From Candidatus Omnitrophota bacterium (GTDB lineage: Bacteria; Omnitrophota; Gorgyraeia; 2-02-FULL-51-18; JAGOUK01), in contig JBLINS010000005.1 of assembly GCA_047639455.1 (NCBI GenBank), forward strand, positions 1 through 60,024: DNA of 60,024 nt. The letters run 5' to 3'. The notes under the pieces are model-generated. The model saw only the letters and a program-made list of their open reading frames with translations, was not told the DNA's origin and searched no databases. Below, piece after piece: positions 1-10,466 of this stretch; within the stretch, counting starts at the first letter, position 1, and the number at the start of each line of letters is the position of its first letter. The translations under genes and the position numbers were made by a program.

Positions 1-20
1 GTAAGAAACAAGCGTCGGTT

Positions 21-1010
21 GTGAATGTAGCCATTATGGGTGCAACGGGTGCTGTGGGCAAAGAATTGCTCAAAATTTTGGCTCAACGCAAATTTCCTAT
101 TGGTGAATTGCGTTTATTGGCCTCTAAGCGATCTGTGGGCAAAAAGCTTAAGTTCAAAAATAAGTTTTACACCGTACAAGAATTAAAGACTAATTCGTTT
201 GAGGGCATAGACATTGTTTTGTCCTCGGCAGGTGGGTCCTTGAGCAAGAAGTTTGTGCCTTATGCGGTTAAAGCGGGTGCGGTTGTCGTTGATAATACTT
301 CAGCGTATCGCATGGATCCCAAAGTTCCTTTGGTTGTGCCCGAGATTAATGCCGCAGAGATTAAAAAACATAAAGGCATTATCGCTAACCCCAATTGCTC
401 AACTATTATTATGCTGTTACCTTTATGGCCGATAGATAAGCAGAACAAAATTAAGAAAATTAGCGTAGCCACCTATCAAGCGGCTTCAGGCGCAGGTGCT
501 GTTGCTATGCAGGAATTAGAAGATCAGAGTAAGCAGGTTCTGAGTGGTAAAAAAGCAGTTAAAAAAGTCTTTCCACACCAAATAGCATTTAATGTCTTTT
601 CGCATAATAGCCCCATATGCGCCAATGGGTTTAATGAAGAAGAGCTCAAAATGGTGCATGAGACGCATAAAATATTCAAGCGTAAGAATATTCAAATTGA
701 TGTGACTTGTGTGCGTGTGCCTGTTTATCGGGCTCATTCAGAGGCTATATTTATTGAATTGACTAAGCCAATGACACCTGCAAAGGCGCGTAGCTTAATC
801 AAAGCAGCCTCTGGTATCCAAATTGTGGACGATGTAAAACAAAATTACTTTCCTATGCCGCTTGAAGCTGATGGTGGCGATGATGTTTTGGTTGGCAGAA
901 TTAGACAAGGTTTGGATTCAAAGAAATCTCTAGGCATGTTTATTTCTGGAGACCAAATCCGCAAGGGCGCCGCGTTGAATGCTGTACAAATTGCCGAATA
1001 CCTTGTCTAA
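21..1010 (+). CDS. asd: aspartate-semialdehyde dehydrogenase
   Basis: GATGAVG Rossmann motif, IIANPNCST catalytic Cys, CVRVPV...HSE, DQIRKGAALNAVQIAE. Confidence 0.97.
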   Translation: MNVAIMGATGAVGKELLKILAQRKFPIGELRLLASKRSVGKKLKFKNKFYTVQELKTNSFEGIDIVLSSAGGSLSKKFVPYAVKAGAVVVDNTSAYRMDPKVPLVVPEINAAEIKKHKGIIANPNCSTIIMLLPLWPIDKQNKIKKISVATYQAASGAGAVAMQELEDQSKQVLSGKKAVKKVFPHQIAFNVFSHNSPICANGFNEEELKMVHETHKIFKRKNIQIDVTCVRVPVYRAHSEAIFIELTKPMTPAKARSLIKAASGIQIVDDVKQNYFPMPLEADGGDDVLVGRIRQGLDSKKSLGMFISGDQIRKGAALNAVQIAEYLV

Positions 1011-1744
1011 TGCGTATTGCAGTGCGGTTAGCGTATCGAGGTACAGGTTTTTCTGGATGGCAAGTTCAGAAAAAAGGCGAGCGCACTGTGCAAACGGTTT
1101 TTCAGAATTCTTTAGAGAAATTATTAGGCTATAGACCAGATACAAAGGTTGCTTCGAGAACTGATGCGGGTGTACACGCTGACGGACAATGTGTTCATTT
1201 TGAGTTGAAGCAAGATTGGGCCATTGATGAATTTTTGAATGCTTTGAACGCGCATATGCCAGCAGATTTGGTTGTTCGTGAGGCTAAGTTGGTTGACGAG
1301 AAATTTCATGCCCGTTTTAGCACTAAGGGTAAGATGTATCGATATCAGGTTTGGGTGAGTTCCACTAAGCCAATATTTAATGAAGATCAAGTGCTATGGC
1401 TAAAAAACAAACCTAATTTAGATTTGATGCGCCAAGCTGCTCTAAGCCTTATGGGCGAGCATGATTTTTCAGCCTTTTCGGATCGAGCGGAATTAAGACC
1501 TGATAGGCGACGGACGATAACTCGATTAGATATCATTGAATCCGAAACGGGGTTGATAGAGTTTTTTATTGCAGGTAATGGGTTTTTGTATCATATGGTT
1601 AGAATTATAGTCAGCACTTTATTAGAAGTTGGTTTTGAGCGTCGAAACCTTGAGTCAATGCAGTTACTTTTGGACGGCAGCGAAAAAAAAGCAGGGCCTG
1701 CAGCAAAAGCGCATGGGCTCACATTGCAGGAAGTTTATTATTAG
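1010..1744 (+). CDS. truA: tRNA pseudouridine(38-40) synthase
   Basis: YRGTGFSGWQ, SRTDAGVHA, FHARF, GNGFLYHMVR; TAATG overlap with asd. Confidence 0.96.
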   Translation: MRIAVRLAYRGTGFSGWQVQKKGERTVQTVFQNSLEKLLGYRPDTKVASRTDAGVHADGQCVHFELKQDWAIDEFLNALNAHMPADLVVREAKLVDEKFHARFSTKGKMYRYQVWVSSTKPIFNEDQVLWLKNKPNLDLMRQAALSLMGEHDFSAFSDRAELRPDRRRTITRLDIIESETGLIEFFIAGNGFLYHMVRIIVSTLLEVGFERRNLESMQLLLDGSEKKAGPAAKAHGLTLQEVYY

Positions 1745-1751
1745 GTGAATT

Positions 1752-2954
1752 ATGAAATTTAGCAAAATTGAAGATGTTGTAAAAGATATAAAGCGCGGTC
1801 AACTCGTTATCGTGATTGATGATGAAGATAGAGAGAATGAAGGCGACTTGATTCTTGCCGCGCAATATGCGACTCCAGAAAAAATTAATTTTTTGGCTCT
1901 ACATGGGCGTGGAATTATTTGTTGTCCGATGTCAGCGGAAAAACTCAAAGCGCTAGACATTAATTTGATGGTGAATGAATCCGGAGACACATTCAAAACG
2001 GCTTGGACTGTATCCATTGATGCCAAAAAAGGTGTTAGTACGGGTGTTTCAGCTAAAGATAGATCTAAAACAGTCAAATTACTAGCTTCCCCTAAGTCAG
2101 TCAAAGCAGATTTTGTTAAGCCAGGACATATTTTTCCATTACAGGCTAAAGAGGGTGGAGTGCTAGTGCGCGCAGGCCATACAGAAGCTTGTATTGATTT
2201 AGTTCAATTGGCTGGGCTTAGATCTGTGGGTGTTATTTGTGAAATCATGAATGAAGATGGAACAATGGCTCGGACTAAAGATTTGACCATTTTTGCTCAA
2301 AAACACAAATTAAAAATATGTACCATTAAGGACTTAATTCACTATCGTCGCAAGAATGAGAATTTGATTCAACGATCGGCCACAACACAAATCACTAATG
2401 CATATGGAACCTTTAAGCTATATGCTTATAAATCAGTTGTGGATCAGGAATTGCATTTAGCTTTGGTTAAGGGCGATCCAAAGCAAGTTGAATCAGTTTT
2501 AGTGAGAGCGCATTCAGAATGTATGACGGGCGATGTATTTGGATCTCAGCGCTGTGATTGTGGGCCTCAATTGGATGCTTCTATGAAGCGTATAGCTGAT
2601 GAGGGCTGCGGCATTGTGCTCTATATGCGTCAAGAAGGACGTGGTATTGGATTACTTAATAAATTAAAAACTTATGAGTTACAAGATACGGGATTAGATA
2701 CAGTTCAGGCTAATTTAGAATTAGGGTTTAGTGCAGATTTGAGGCAATATGGTGTGGGCGCTCAAATTTTGGTTGATTTGGGTGTTAAGAAAATACGCTT
2801 GATGACGAATAATCCCAAAAAAATTATTGGCTTAAGCGGTTACGGGTTGAACGTTGTTGGCCGCGTGCCTATAGAGATGAAGCCTAATAAACATAATCGG
2901 CGTTATTTAGCCACAAAGAAGAAGAAAATGGGACATCGATTAAAAAAATCCTAG
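1752..2954 (+). CDS. ribBA: bifunctional DHBP synthase / GTP cyclohydrolase II
   Basis: DDEDRENEGD, RAGHTEA, HSECMTGD..RCDC, QEGRGIG, LMTNNP. Confidence 0.97.
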   Translation: MKFSKIEDVVKDIKRGQLVIVIDDEDRENEGDLILAAQYATPEKINFLALHGRGIICCPMSAEKLKALDINLMVNESGDTFKTAWTVSIDAKKGVSTGVSAKDRSKTVKLLASPKSVKADFVKPGHIFPLQAKEGGVLVRAGHTEACIDLVQLAGLRSVGVICEIMNEDGTMARTKDLTIFAQKHKLKICTIKDLIHYRRKNENLIQRSATTQITNAYGTFKLYAYKSVVDQELHLALVKGDPKQVESVLVRAHSECMTGDVFGSQRCDCGPQLDASMKRIADEGCGIVLYMRQEGRGIGLLNKLKTYELQDTGLDTVQANLELGFSADLRQYGVGAQILVDLGVKKIRLMTNNPKKIIGLSGYGLNVVGRVPIEMKPNKHNRRYLATKKKKMGHRLKKS

Positions 2955-2978
2955 AGCTTAGGATAGCGAGAATTATAT

Positions 2979-3515
2979 ATGAAAAAAATTACGAAACGCA
3001 AAACTAAATCTAAAAAAATAAAAAAACCTTCTGAGGCTTTGAATCAAATAAAGCATAAAAAGGGTGGCTTGGTTGCCGGTAAGGCTAAATTTGGCTTTGT
3101 TGTCGCTGATTTTAATGAATACTTCACCAATATGCTTTTGGAGGGTGCCGTGGACACACTCAGTCAATTCGGCGTTAAGCCAAATGCAATAGATGTGTAT
3201 CATGTGCCAGGTTCATTTGAAATACCGCTTATGGTACAAAAATTAAATAAAAAGAAAAAGTATGATTGTTTGATTACATTGGGCATGGTTATTCGCGGTG
3301 AAACCAGACATTTTAATCATGTAGTTGATGCTGCGGCGGCAGGCACTATGAGCGCTACTTTAGCTGCTGATATTCCTGTTATCCATGGAGTGATTGCAGC
3401 TGAGAACTATGATCAAGCGATAGATCGTTGTGGTGGCAAAATGGGTCACAAGGGTCGTGAAGCAGCAAAGGCAGCTATCGAAATGACTAATTTAATCCAG
3501 GTGCATTTAGCATGA
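2979..3515 (+). CDS. ribH: 6,7-dimethyl-8-ribityllumazine synthase, with Lys-rich N-terminal extension
   Basis: VPGSFEIP, GMVIRGETRHF, KGREAA; lies between ribBA and nusB. Confidence 0.93.
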   Translation: MKKITKRKTKSKKIKKPSEALNQIKHKKGGLVAGKAKFGFVVADFNEYFTNMLLEGAVDTLSQFGVKPNAIDVYHVPGSFEIPLMVQKLNKKKKYDCLITLGMVIRGETRHFNHVVDAAAAGTMSATLAADIPVIHGVIAAENYDQAIDRCGGKMGHKGREAAKAAIEMTNLIQVHLA

Positions 3516-3934
3516 GAAATAGAACCCGCTCAAGAGAGTGTGCATTACAATTATTGTATCAATACGAACAAACCTCTGAACGCGATGAAGATTGGGTGGA
3601 TAATTTTTGGCGCCAACTAAAACTCGATGAGGGTGAAACAACTGCAATTCCCGAGATTAGAGATTACGCAGCAGTCATTCTTAATTCTGTGATTGAGAAA
3701 AAGGATGAATTGGATCGCATCATTGAAGCATCAGCTGATCATTGGGCGATTGAGCGCATGGCTCTAGTGGACCGCAATATTCTTCGCATAGGCACTTATG
3801 AAATTCGTTTCAATGACGACATTCCCACCAATGTGGCGATTAATGAGTCTATTGAATTAGGCAAAAAATATGGTGATTCAGAAACCTCACGTTTTGTGAA
3901 TGGTATTCTCGACAAAGTGGCCAAATCACAATAA
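3512..3934 (+). CDS. nusB: transcription antitermination factor NusB
   Basis: R-rich N-terminus, DRNILR, AINESIELGK, FVNGILD; ribH-nusB synteny. Confidence 0.96.
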   Translation: MRNRTRSRECALQLLYQYEQTSERDEDWVDNFWRQLKLDEGETTAIPEIRDYAAVILNSVIEKKDELDRIIEASADHWAIERMALVDRNILRIGTYEIRFNDDIPTNVAINESIELGKKYGDSETSRFVNGILDKVAKSQ

Positions 3935-3949
3935 AGCTTATTCCCATCT

Positions 3950-5035
3950 ATGCAAAATAATCACCTTTATTGGATGGACATGGCCATTGAGTTGGCTCGC
4001 AAAGGCGTAGGAGTTGTTTCGCCCAACCCTCCCGTAGGAGCCGTTCTAGTTAAGAATGGTAAGTGTATTGCCAAAGGCTATCACAAAAAAGCGGGTCGCG
4101 CACATGCTGAAATAGAAGCTATCCATCGAGCTAAACAAAAAGCCAAAGGCTGTGATTTATACGTAACATTAGAACCTTGCTCCACTCAAGGTAAGACGGG
4201 CGCTTGTACAGATGCCATTATTAAAGCGGGTATAAAGCGCGTATTTGTTGCTTGCCTAGACCCTAATCCCGAACATTACCACAAAGCCAAAGCTATTTTA
4301 GAAGCAAAGGGTATTGATTATGAATCTGGTATAGCCGAAGAATATGCAGAACCTTTATTGCGCCACTTCGCCACTTCTGTGCAAAAGAAAAAACCTTTCA
4401 TAACCCTTAAGGCCGCCCAAACTCTAGATGGCAAACTTGCGACAAGCAAGGGTGATTCGCAATGGGTGACATCTCCATTAGCTAGAAAACAGGCACATAA
4501 ATTACGCTATGAGCATGACGCTGTTTTGGTAGGGATGAATACGATCCAAAGAGATAATCCTAGTTTAGATGTGCGGTTGATTGATAAACAAAAACATGTG
4601 ACCAAAATAGTTCTCGATAGCCACTTGAGAATCAAGCCAACTGCTAAAGTATTCAAATCACCAGGGCCTGTTATTGTCGCGACCTGCAGCACAAAAAAAT
4701 CGAAGTCTTTAGAAAAATTCAAAAAACTAACTATATTACGCATTAAAGCTAATAATGGTCGCATTGATCTCAGGGCTTTGCTTAAAGCCTTGCATGAATT
4801 AGGCATTCAAAGTGTTTTGGTTGAGGGCGGCGGAGAAGTGCATGCAGATTTTATGCAGCGAGGTTTAGCAGATGCATTCTATTGGTTTATTGCACCTAAA
4901 TTCTTAGGCGGTAAAGATTCTATATCGGCTATTGGTGGCAAGAATCCAACCCTTATGAAACAGGCTAAGGATTTGTGCATTGAGGGCATAGATGCTTTTG
5001 GGCCTGACTTAGCCATTCACGGATTAATCATATAA
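3950..5035 (+). CDS. ribD: riboflavin deaminase/reductase RibD
   Basis: PNPPVG, HAE, VTLEPC...C, LDGK, VLVEGGG. Confidence 0.96.
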   Translation: MQNNHLYWMDMAIELARKGVGVVSPNPPVGAVLVKNGKCIAKGYHKKAGRAHAEIEAIHRAKQKAKGCDLYVTLEPCSTQGKTGACTDAIIKAGIKRVFVACLDPNPEHYHKAKAILEAKGIDYESGIAEEYAEPLLRHFATSVQKKKPFITLKAAQTLDGKLATSKGDSQWVTSPLARKQAHKLRYEHDAVLVGMNTIQRDNPSLDVRLIDKQKHVTKIVLDSHLRIKPTAKVFKSPGPVIVATCSTKKSKSLEKFKKLTILRIKANNGRIDLRALLKALHELGIQSVLVEGGGEVHADFMQRGLADAFYWFIAPKFLGGKDSISAIGGKNPTLMKQAKDLCIEGIDAFGPDLAIHGLII

Positions 5036-5616
5036 TGTTCACTGGTATTGTCGAAACAAAAGGCAATATTCATTCAATCCAAAAGAAAAAGACAGGCCTA
5101 ACCATAGGTATTAAGCCTCTCAAAAAAATCACCCGCATAAAAATCGGTGAGAGCATTGCGGTCAATGGCGTGTGTTTAACTGTCTTTAAGTCACTGCGTG
5201 GAATTATTTACTTTGATATTATTCAACAGACATTAAGAGTGAGTAATTTAAAATATCTCAAAATTAAAGATTCAGTCAATTTAGAGCGCGCATTAAAATA
5301 TGGAGATAGGTTAGGCGGCCATTATGTTCTCGGACATATTGACGCTATTGGCCAATTATCCAAAATCATTCAAGACACCAAAGAAATAGAATTTCGCATT
5401 AAATACCCCAAAAAATTATCACGCTATATTATAGATAAAGCCTGCATAGCCATTAATGGTATTAGTCTCACAATTGGCAAAGTCAGAAAAAATGACTTCT
5501 CTGTATTTCTCATACCGCACACCCTAAAAGTAACCACACTTTCCAAAAGCCTAGTCAAAGACGCTATCAACCTAGAAGTCGATATAGTCCTCAAAACCGG
5601 CGAACGCCCCAGCTAA
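5035..5616 (+). CDS. ribE: riboflavin synthase
   Basis: MFTGIVE N-terminus, NGVCLT, VNLERAL, GGHYVLGHID, NLEVD. Confidence 0.96.
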   Translation: MFTGIVETKGNIHSIQKKKTGLTIGIKPLKKITRIKIGESIAVNGVCLTVFKSLRGIIYFDIIQQTLRVSNLKYLKIKDSVNLERALKYGDRLGGHYVLGHIDAIGQLSKIIQDTKEIEFRIKYPKKLSRYIIDKACIAINGISLTIGKVRKNDFSVFLIPHTLKVTTLSKSLVKDAINLEVDIVLKTGERPS

Positions 5617-5634
5617 TTGTTGCAGTTTTTTCCT

Positions 5635-5774
5635 GTCATTGTGAGGCACCCTAATAAATTATAAAGGGTGTCGTGACAATCTCCCAGCAAAAGGCTTTCA
5701 TTGCTGCGCATGGATCCTGCTTCGCGGCTTCTGTGGGATCCTCACGCCATTTGCTTCGCATGTCTCAGGATGAC
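5635..5774. repeat. composite REP-like palindromic element between convergent ribE and oxidoreductase genes
   Basis: Begins GTCATTGTGAG-hairpin-GTGACAATCT and ends CTCAGGATGAC; 5684-5774 is a near-identical inverted copy of 42111-42202. Confidence 0.85.
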
Positions 5775-5781
5775 GGGGCTA

Positions 5782-6954
5782 TTATCTTTGGTCTTGTTGG
5801 GCTAATTCGAGGTCTGGAGAGGTGGTTGGAATGTTGGCGAATCGATTCGGATTATAAGCCTGGGTGTATAAAGGTTCAGCTTTTTTACCCAAGATGAGAT
5901 CGCTAGCAAGTTTACCTGCGGCGGCTGAGGCGGTTAGGCCGTAGCCTCCTAGGCAAGCATTCCAAAATAGGTTTTTGCATTCAGCGTCCCAGCCAATCAC
6001 AAAGCGTTTATCAGGAGAAAAGGTTCTTAGTCCTGACCACATCCTTGAGAACTTCGTATTTTGAATTTCGGGTAAAAAATGCTTAGATTTTTGTAAGAGC
6101 AATTCTTTGGCTTTTAAGTCCACCTCAGTTGTGCCTGGAGCAAACTCTTCTTCATCACAGGGGGAGAGTAATAGGGCTTTATTATGGGGTCGGTAATATA
6201 TTTCATGATCCACATCCCAAACGATGGGTTTATGTGTTTGGGTTTCTTCAAAATCTTGGGTGATGAATATATGTCTGCGCATGGCTTTGGTTTGGATGTT
6301 CTGTGCAGTTAATTTTTGATTCACCTGATTAACCCATGCACCCGCCGCATTAATTAATACTTTGGACCGAAAGTTACGTGTGGGAGATGTTTGTAGAATA
6401 AAATAACCCTCACTATCTTTTTGAGGTAATCCATTTGTGGATTTGAATATAGACACACCCATGTCTTTACAAACTTGTGTGAGGCCATCGATTAATGCTT
6501 GTGTATCGATTACGCCATCAGAAGGGCACCAAAGCGCTGCTTCAAACTCAGCGGATTTTAAGTGCTGGAATCGCGCTAGCGTTTCTTTGCGAGATAGTAA
6601 TGCTGTCATAACGCCTTTGCCACTAGCCACCTCGACCGACGTCGCAAATGGACGCAAGTCATCCAAGCGTCCAATATGTAATGATCCACAATTTAGGAAA
6701 GGAGCTTTTTTAAATTCTTTGGACCATTGTTCAGTTATTGATTTGACTGAATCAATCATGAATCCACAAGTGATGGGATCGCGGACTAATTGGCAGAGCA
6801 TGGATGCGTTTTTGGATGAGGCCCCAAGACCTAGCTTATACTCTTTTTCGATAATACAAATTTTGCCAGCCTTAGCTTTAGCCAAGGCGTATGCAGTGGA
6901 AAGACCCGCAAACCCACCACCCATAACCATATAGTCGTATTTCTTAGTCGCCAT
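5782..6954 (-). CDS. FAD-dependent oxidoreductase, DAO/glycine-oxidase family
   Basis: GGGFAG, GASSKNA, INAAGAW, WSGLR, GGYGL motifs. Confidence 0.88.
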   Translation of the reverse strand: MATKKYDYMVMGGGFAGLSTAYALAKAKAGKICIIEKEYKLGLGASSKNASMLCQLVRDPITCGFMIDSVKSITEQWSKEFKKAPFLNCGSLHIGRLDDLRPFATSVEVASGKGVMTALLSRKETLARFQHLKSAEFEAALWCPSDGVIDTQALIDGLTQVCKDMGVSIFKSTNGLPQKDSEGYFILQTSPTRNFRSKVLINAAGAWVNQVNQKLTAQNIQTKAMRRHIFITQDFEETQTHKPIVWDVDHEIYYRPHNKALLLSPCDEEEFAPGTTEVDLKAKELLLQKSKHFLPEIQNTKFSRMWSGLRTFSPDKRFVIGWDAECKNLFWNACLGGYGLTASAAAGKLASDLILGKKAEPLYTQAYNPNRFANIPTTSPDLELAQQDQR

Positions 6955-7146
6955 GGGCAGATTATGCCATGATTACCATTGTATTTCGAGGGAATTATAG
7001 GAGGGTATAAGAATTACAGCTTTGATACTGCAAAACGTTATTGTACAATATCTGCTGTTAAAAATTTTGGACTGAGGTTGAGTATCATCTTGGTGGAGCC
7101 GGATTATATACAATACCGGCTTAAGAGACTATGAGGAGATTTGAGT

Positions 7147-7623
7147 ATGTCAAGCGATAGAATCCGGATGACTGAAACTGGATACAAAAAGATGAAAGAT
7201 GACTTAAAGTACATGATGACTAAGAAGCGGCGTGAAATAGCCAAAGACTTGGAAGTTGCACGTGCCTTTGGTGATTTGAAGGAGAATGCGGAATATGACG
7301 CTGCCAAGAATAGTCAAGCCATGAATGAGCACCGCATATCTGAGTTGAACGAAAAGCTCTCTCGCGCTGAAATTTTGGATGAAACAGGTATGGACAAAGA
7401 TAAGGTTCTACTTGGTGCGACGGTTAGCTTAAAGGACTTAGAGACGGGCGAAGAATTAAAGTATATGCTTGTTGCTGGTGAAGAGGCTGACTATAACGAA
7501 AATAAGATATCCATTTCTTCTCCGATAGGCAAAACTCTTTTGGGGCATAAGGTAGGCGATAAGGTTGACATTGCTGTACCTGCTGGAGCCATTAAATACC
7601 AAGTCTTAAAAATAGAACGTTGA
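7147..7623 (+). CDS. greA: transcription elongation factor GreA
   Basis: GDLKENAEYDAAK, ISISSPIG; ATG 7147 follows GAGGAG RBS. Confidence 0.96.
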   Translation: MSSDRIRMTETGYKKMKDDLKYMMTKKRREIAKDLEVARAFGDLKENAEYDAAKNSQAMNEHRISELNEKLSRAEILDETGMDKDKVLLGATVSLKDLETGEELKYMLVAGEEADYNENKISISSPIGKTLLGHKVGDKVDIAVPAGAIKYQVLKIER

Positions 7624-8426
7624 TTCCAAGCAATTTCCTTAAACTGACTATTGTTTTAGTTGCTGCGGGACTGGCGGGCTGCGCAACACCACGTGTTTCG
7701 CAAACAATGCTTCCACCGCAACGCATTGCTCAGCGGCCGATAGCTGTCACACCTATTAATATACAGCCAAAGTATCAAGCGCCGATTAGCATTCCTCAAG
7801 GCATGTCGCATTATCATATCGTCAAACCCAAGGAAACATTGTGGAGAATTGGCAAACTTTATAGTGTTCCCATTCGGACCATTATGAAGGTCAATAATAT
7901 TCGAGATGAAAAAAAGATATCCATAGGCCAATCACTTTTAATACCAGGCGTTAGCGACTATAGACCACCCATTCCTCTATATAGAAATACAGGTCGATGG
8001 AAATACATTGTCATTCACCACACAGCTACTCCGACTGGCAATGCCGACACAATAAATGCATTGCACAAACGTCGCGGTTGGAAGAATGGGCTGGGATATC
8101 ACTTCATTGTCGATAATGGGACTGCTAGCCGAGCCATGGGCCAAATAGAGGTAGGTCACCGTTGGCAAAAACAAATGAATGGCGCGCATGCAAATCATTC
8201 TAATATGAATAAAGTTGGCATAGGCATTTCTCTAATAGGAAACTTTAGCGAAACGAAAGTGACCAATAAACAATTAGAGTCAGTGACTTATTTAGTGGAC
8301 ACCCTAAGACGCCAATACAATATCCCCAAAAAAAGAGTGATTCGTCACAATGCTGTACCGGGCGCCGCCACTGAGTGCCCCGGCACCAAATTCCCATGGG
8401 CCAAATTCAAAAACACACTCAGCTAG
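7620..8426 (+). CDS. lipoprotein with LysM domain and N-acetylmuramoyl-L-alanine amidase (Amidase_2)
   Basis: LAGC lipobox; LysM HIVKPKETLWRIG; IVIHHTA, GYHF, IGISLIGNF, H...TECPG. Confidence 0.9.
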   Translation: MIPSNFLKLTIVLVAAGLAGCATPRVSQTMLPPQRIAQRPIAVTPINIQPKYQAPISIPQGMSHYHIVKPKETLWRIGKLYSVPIRTIMKVNNIRDEKKISIGQSLLIPGVSDYRPPIPLYRNTGRWKYIVIHHTATPTGNADTINALHKRRGWKNGLGYHFIVDNGTASRAMGQIEVGHRWQKQMNGAHANHSNMNKVGIGISLIGNFSETKVTNKQLESVTYLVDTLRRQYNIPKKRVIRHNAVPGAATECPGTKFPWAKFKNTLS

Positions 8427-8520
8427 ATTTAACCTTGATAAGTGATGCTTGGGTTAACTTAATTCGCCTTGCCTTTAAGTATAGATTCATATAACATGTG
8501 CCGCAAGCGAGGCAAAAAAA

Positions 8521-9504
8521 ATGGACTTTAAAACACCTGAAGATTTACTAGGCTTGACAAAAAAATTCCCTATGCGACCCGGTTTGATTGGGTTATTCTG
8601 TGCAATATTCTTAGTTCTGCTCATGGTTTCAACCATGTTCTATTCGATTGGCCCTGATGAGCGCGGCGTTGTGCTGTTCTTGGGCAAATATGTAAGAACC
8701 ACTCAGCCTGGATTGAATACGCGTTTACCTTTTGGCATAGAGACTTTTGACCGCGTTAAGGTTGAGCGTATCTTTAAGGAAGAGTTTGGATTCCGGACTC
8801 AAAAAGCGGGTGTGCGAACAACCTATAGTAAGAATAGCTATTTGGATGAATCATTGATGTTGACGGGCGACTTAAATGCTCTTGAAGTGACATGGATTGT
8901 TCAATTTAAGGTTAAAGATCCCTATAAACTTCTATACACCTTGCGCGATCCCGTTGGTACGATTCGTGATATTTGCGAATCTGTGATGCGTATGCTCGTT
9001 GGCGATTATTCAGTTGACGAAGTCTTAACGACTAAGCGTGTCGAAATTAGCACGCGTGCAGAACAAGAATTGCAAAAGATTCTTGATTCTTATGATAGCG
9101 GCATAGACGTGGTGACAATTAAACTGCAAGACGTGTCACCACCCGAGAAAGTAAAAAATGCTTTTAATGAAGTTAATGAAGCCAAGCAAGAAAAAGAACA
9201 AGTCATTAACGAAGCTAAGCAAAAATACAATAAGATCATCCCTAAAGCCAAAGGTGAGGCTGAGCGCACTATATTAGAAGCTCAAGCGTATTCAATTGAG
9301 CGTACAAATCGTGCCCTGGGTGATGTGGCTCGTTTCAAAGCTCTAGTAACAGAATATGCCTTAGCCCCAGAAGTGACGCGATCACGTATTTACCTTGAAT
9401 CTATGGCCAAAACAATGGCATTACCAAAAGAAAAATTCATTATAGATCCTTCTCAAAAAGGTCTTTTGCCTTTATTGGATTTTCGTACAACGGAGGGTAA
9501 GTAG
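8521..9504 (+). CDS. hflK: FtsH protease modulator HflK
   Basis: N-terminal TM, SPFH domain, MLTGD, AFNEV..A.QE, A.GEA; paired with hflC. Confidence 0.93.
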   Translation: MDFKTPEDLLGLTKKFPMRPGLIGLFCAIFLVLLMVSTMFYSIGPDERGVVLFLGKYVRTTQPGLNTRLPFGIETFDRVKVERIFKEEFGFRTQKAGVRTTYSKNSYLDESLMLTGDLNALEVTWIVQFKVKDPYKLLYTLRDPVGTIRDICESVMRMLVGDYSVDEVLTTKRVEISTRAEQELQKILDSYDSGIDVVTIKLQDVSPPEKVKNAFNEVNEAKQEKEQVINEAKQKYNKIIPKAKGEAERTILEAQAYSIERTNRALGDVARFKALVTEYALAPEVTRSRIYLESMAKTMALPKEKFIIDPSQKGLLPLLDFRTTEGK

Positions 9505-10455
9505 ATGACACGTAGTGCAACCATAGCTTTATTCGTAGTTGGAATTACTTTATTAGTTATCGTCTTAGGCAATCCTTTTTACGTTGTTAAAGAAGGCACC
9601 CAAGTGGTTATTACACGATTTGGTGAGCCTGTTTCGGGAACCATATCCAAGACCGGATTGCATATCAAAACACCATTTGTTGAAGATGTGAATCGTTTTG
9701 AATCTCGGATATTGGAATGGGATGGAGACGCTAATCAAATCCCAACTAAAAATAAACGTTTTATTTGGATTGATACTACCGCTAGATGGAGGATAGCAGA
9801 CCCCTTGGTATTCTTAAAATCTGTTGGTGATATCAATGGAGCTATGGCGCGCCTGGATGACATATTAGACTCAGTGGCCAGAGACATTATTACCGAACAA
9901 CCTTTGCATGAAATCGTGCGTAGCTCAAATCGAGAGCTACCCGTATCTACTTTTGGCGAAGAGGGCGAGATTAGCAAATTGGTCAAGGGTGAAGTAGTTA
10001 ATCACGGTCGCGAGAAATTAATGCGTGATATGCTCGAGCATGCAAGTGTGATGACACCGCGCTACGGCATTGAACTCATTGATGTTCGTATTAAACGCAT
10101 AATCTATATCGATCAAGTATTAAATAAGATATATGAGCGCATGGTAGCTGAGCGCCGCCGTGCCGCTGAGCAATTTCGCTCAGAAGGACAAGGTCGCAAG
10201 GCTGAGGTTGAGGGTTTGACGGATAGAGATTTGAATAAAATACGTTCAGAAGCTTATAAAACATCCCAAGAAATTAAGGGTGAGGCTGATGCGGAAGCCG
10301 CACATATATTTGCTGAAGCTTATAATCTAAACCCAGAATTATACTCATTTTTAAAAACCTTGAAGACGTATGAAGACACGATTGATGAAAATACCACATT
10401 GGTTTTATCGACAGATACCGATTATTTTAAATATTTAAAAAATGTAAAACCATAA
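9505..10455 (+). CDS. hflC: FtsH protease modulator HflC
   Basis: TM then RFGEP, DVRIKRI, ERMVAER..A..RSEG. Confidence 0.93.
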   Translation: MTRSATIALFVVGITLLVIVLGNPFYVVKEGTQVVITRFGEPVSGTISKTGLHIKTPFVEDVNRFESRILEWDGDANQIPTKNKRFIWIDTTARWRIADPLVFLKSVGDINGAMARLDDILDSVARDIITEQPLHEIVRSSNRELPVSTFGEEGEISKLVKGEVVNHGREKLMRDMLEHASVMTPRYGIELIDVRIKRIIYIDQVLNKIYERMVAERRRAAEQFRSEGQGRKAEVEGLTDRDLNKIRSEAYKTSQEIKGEADAEAAHIFAEAYNLNPELYSFLKTLKTYEDTIDENTTLVLSTDTDYFKYLKNVKP

Positions 10456-10466
10456 GGTATTAAAGC

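Noticed and set aside
1745-1751. FMN riboswitch before the riboflavin genes
   Set aside because: Only 7 nt separate truA and ribBA; no room and no motif
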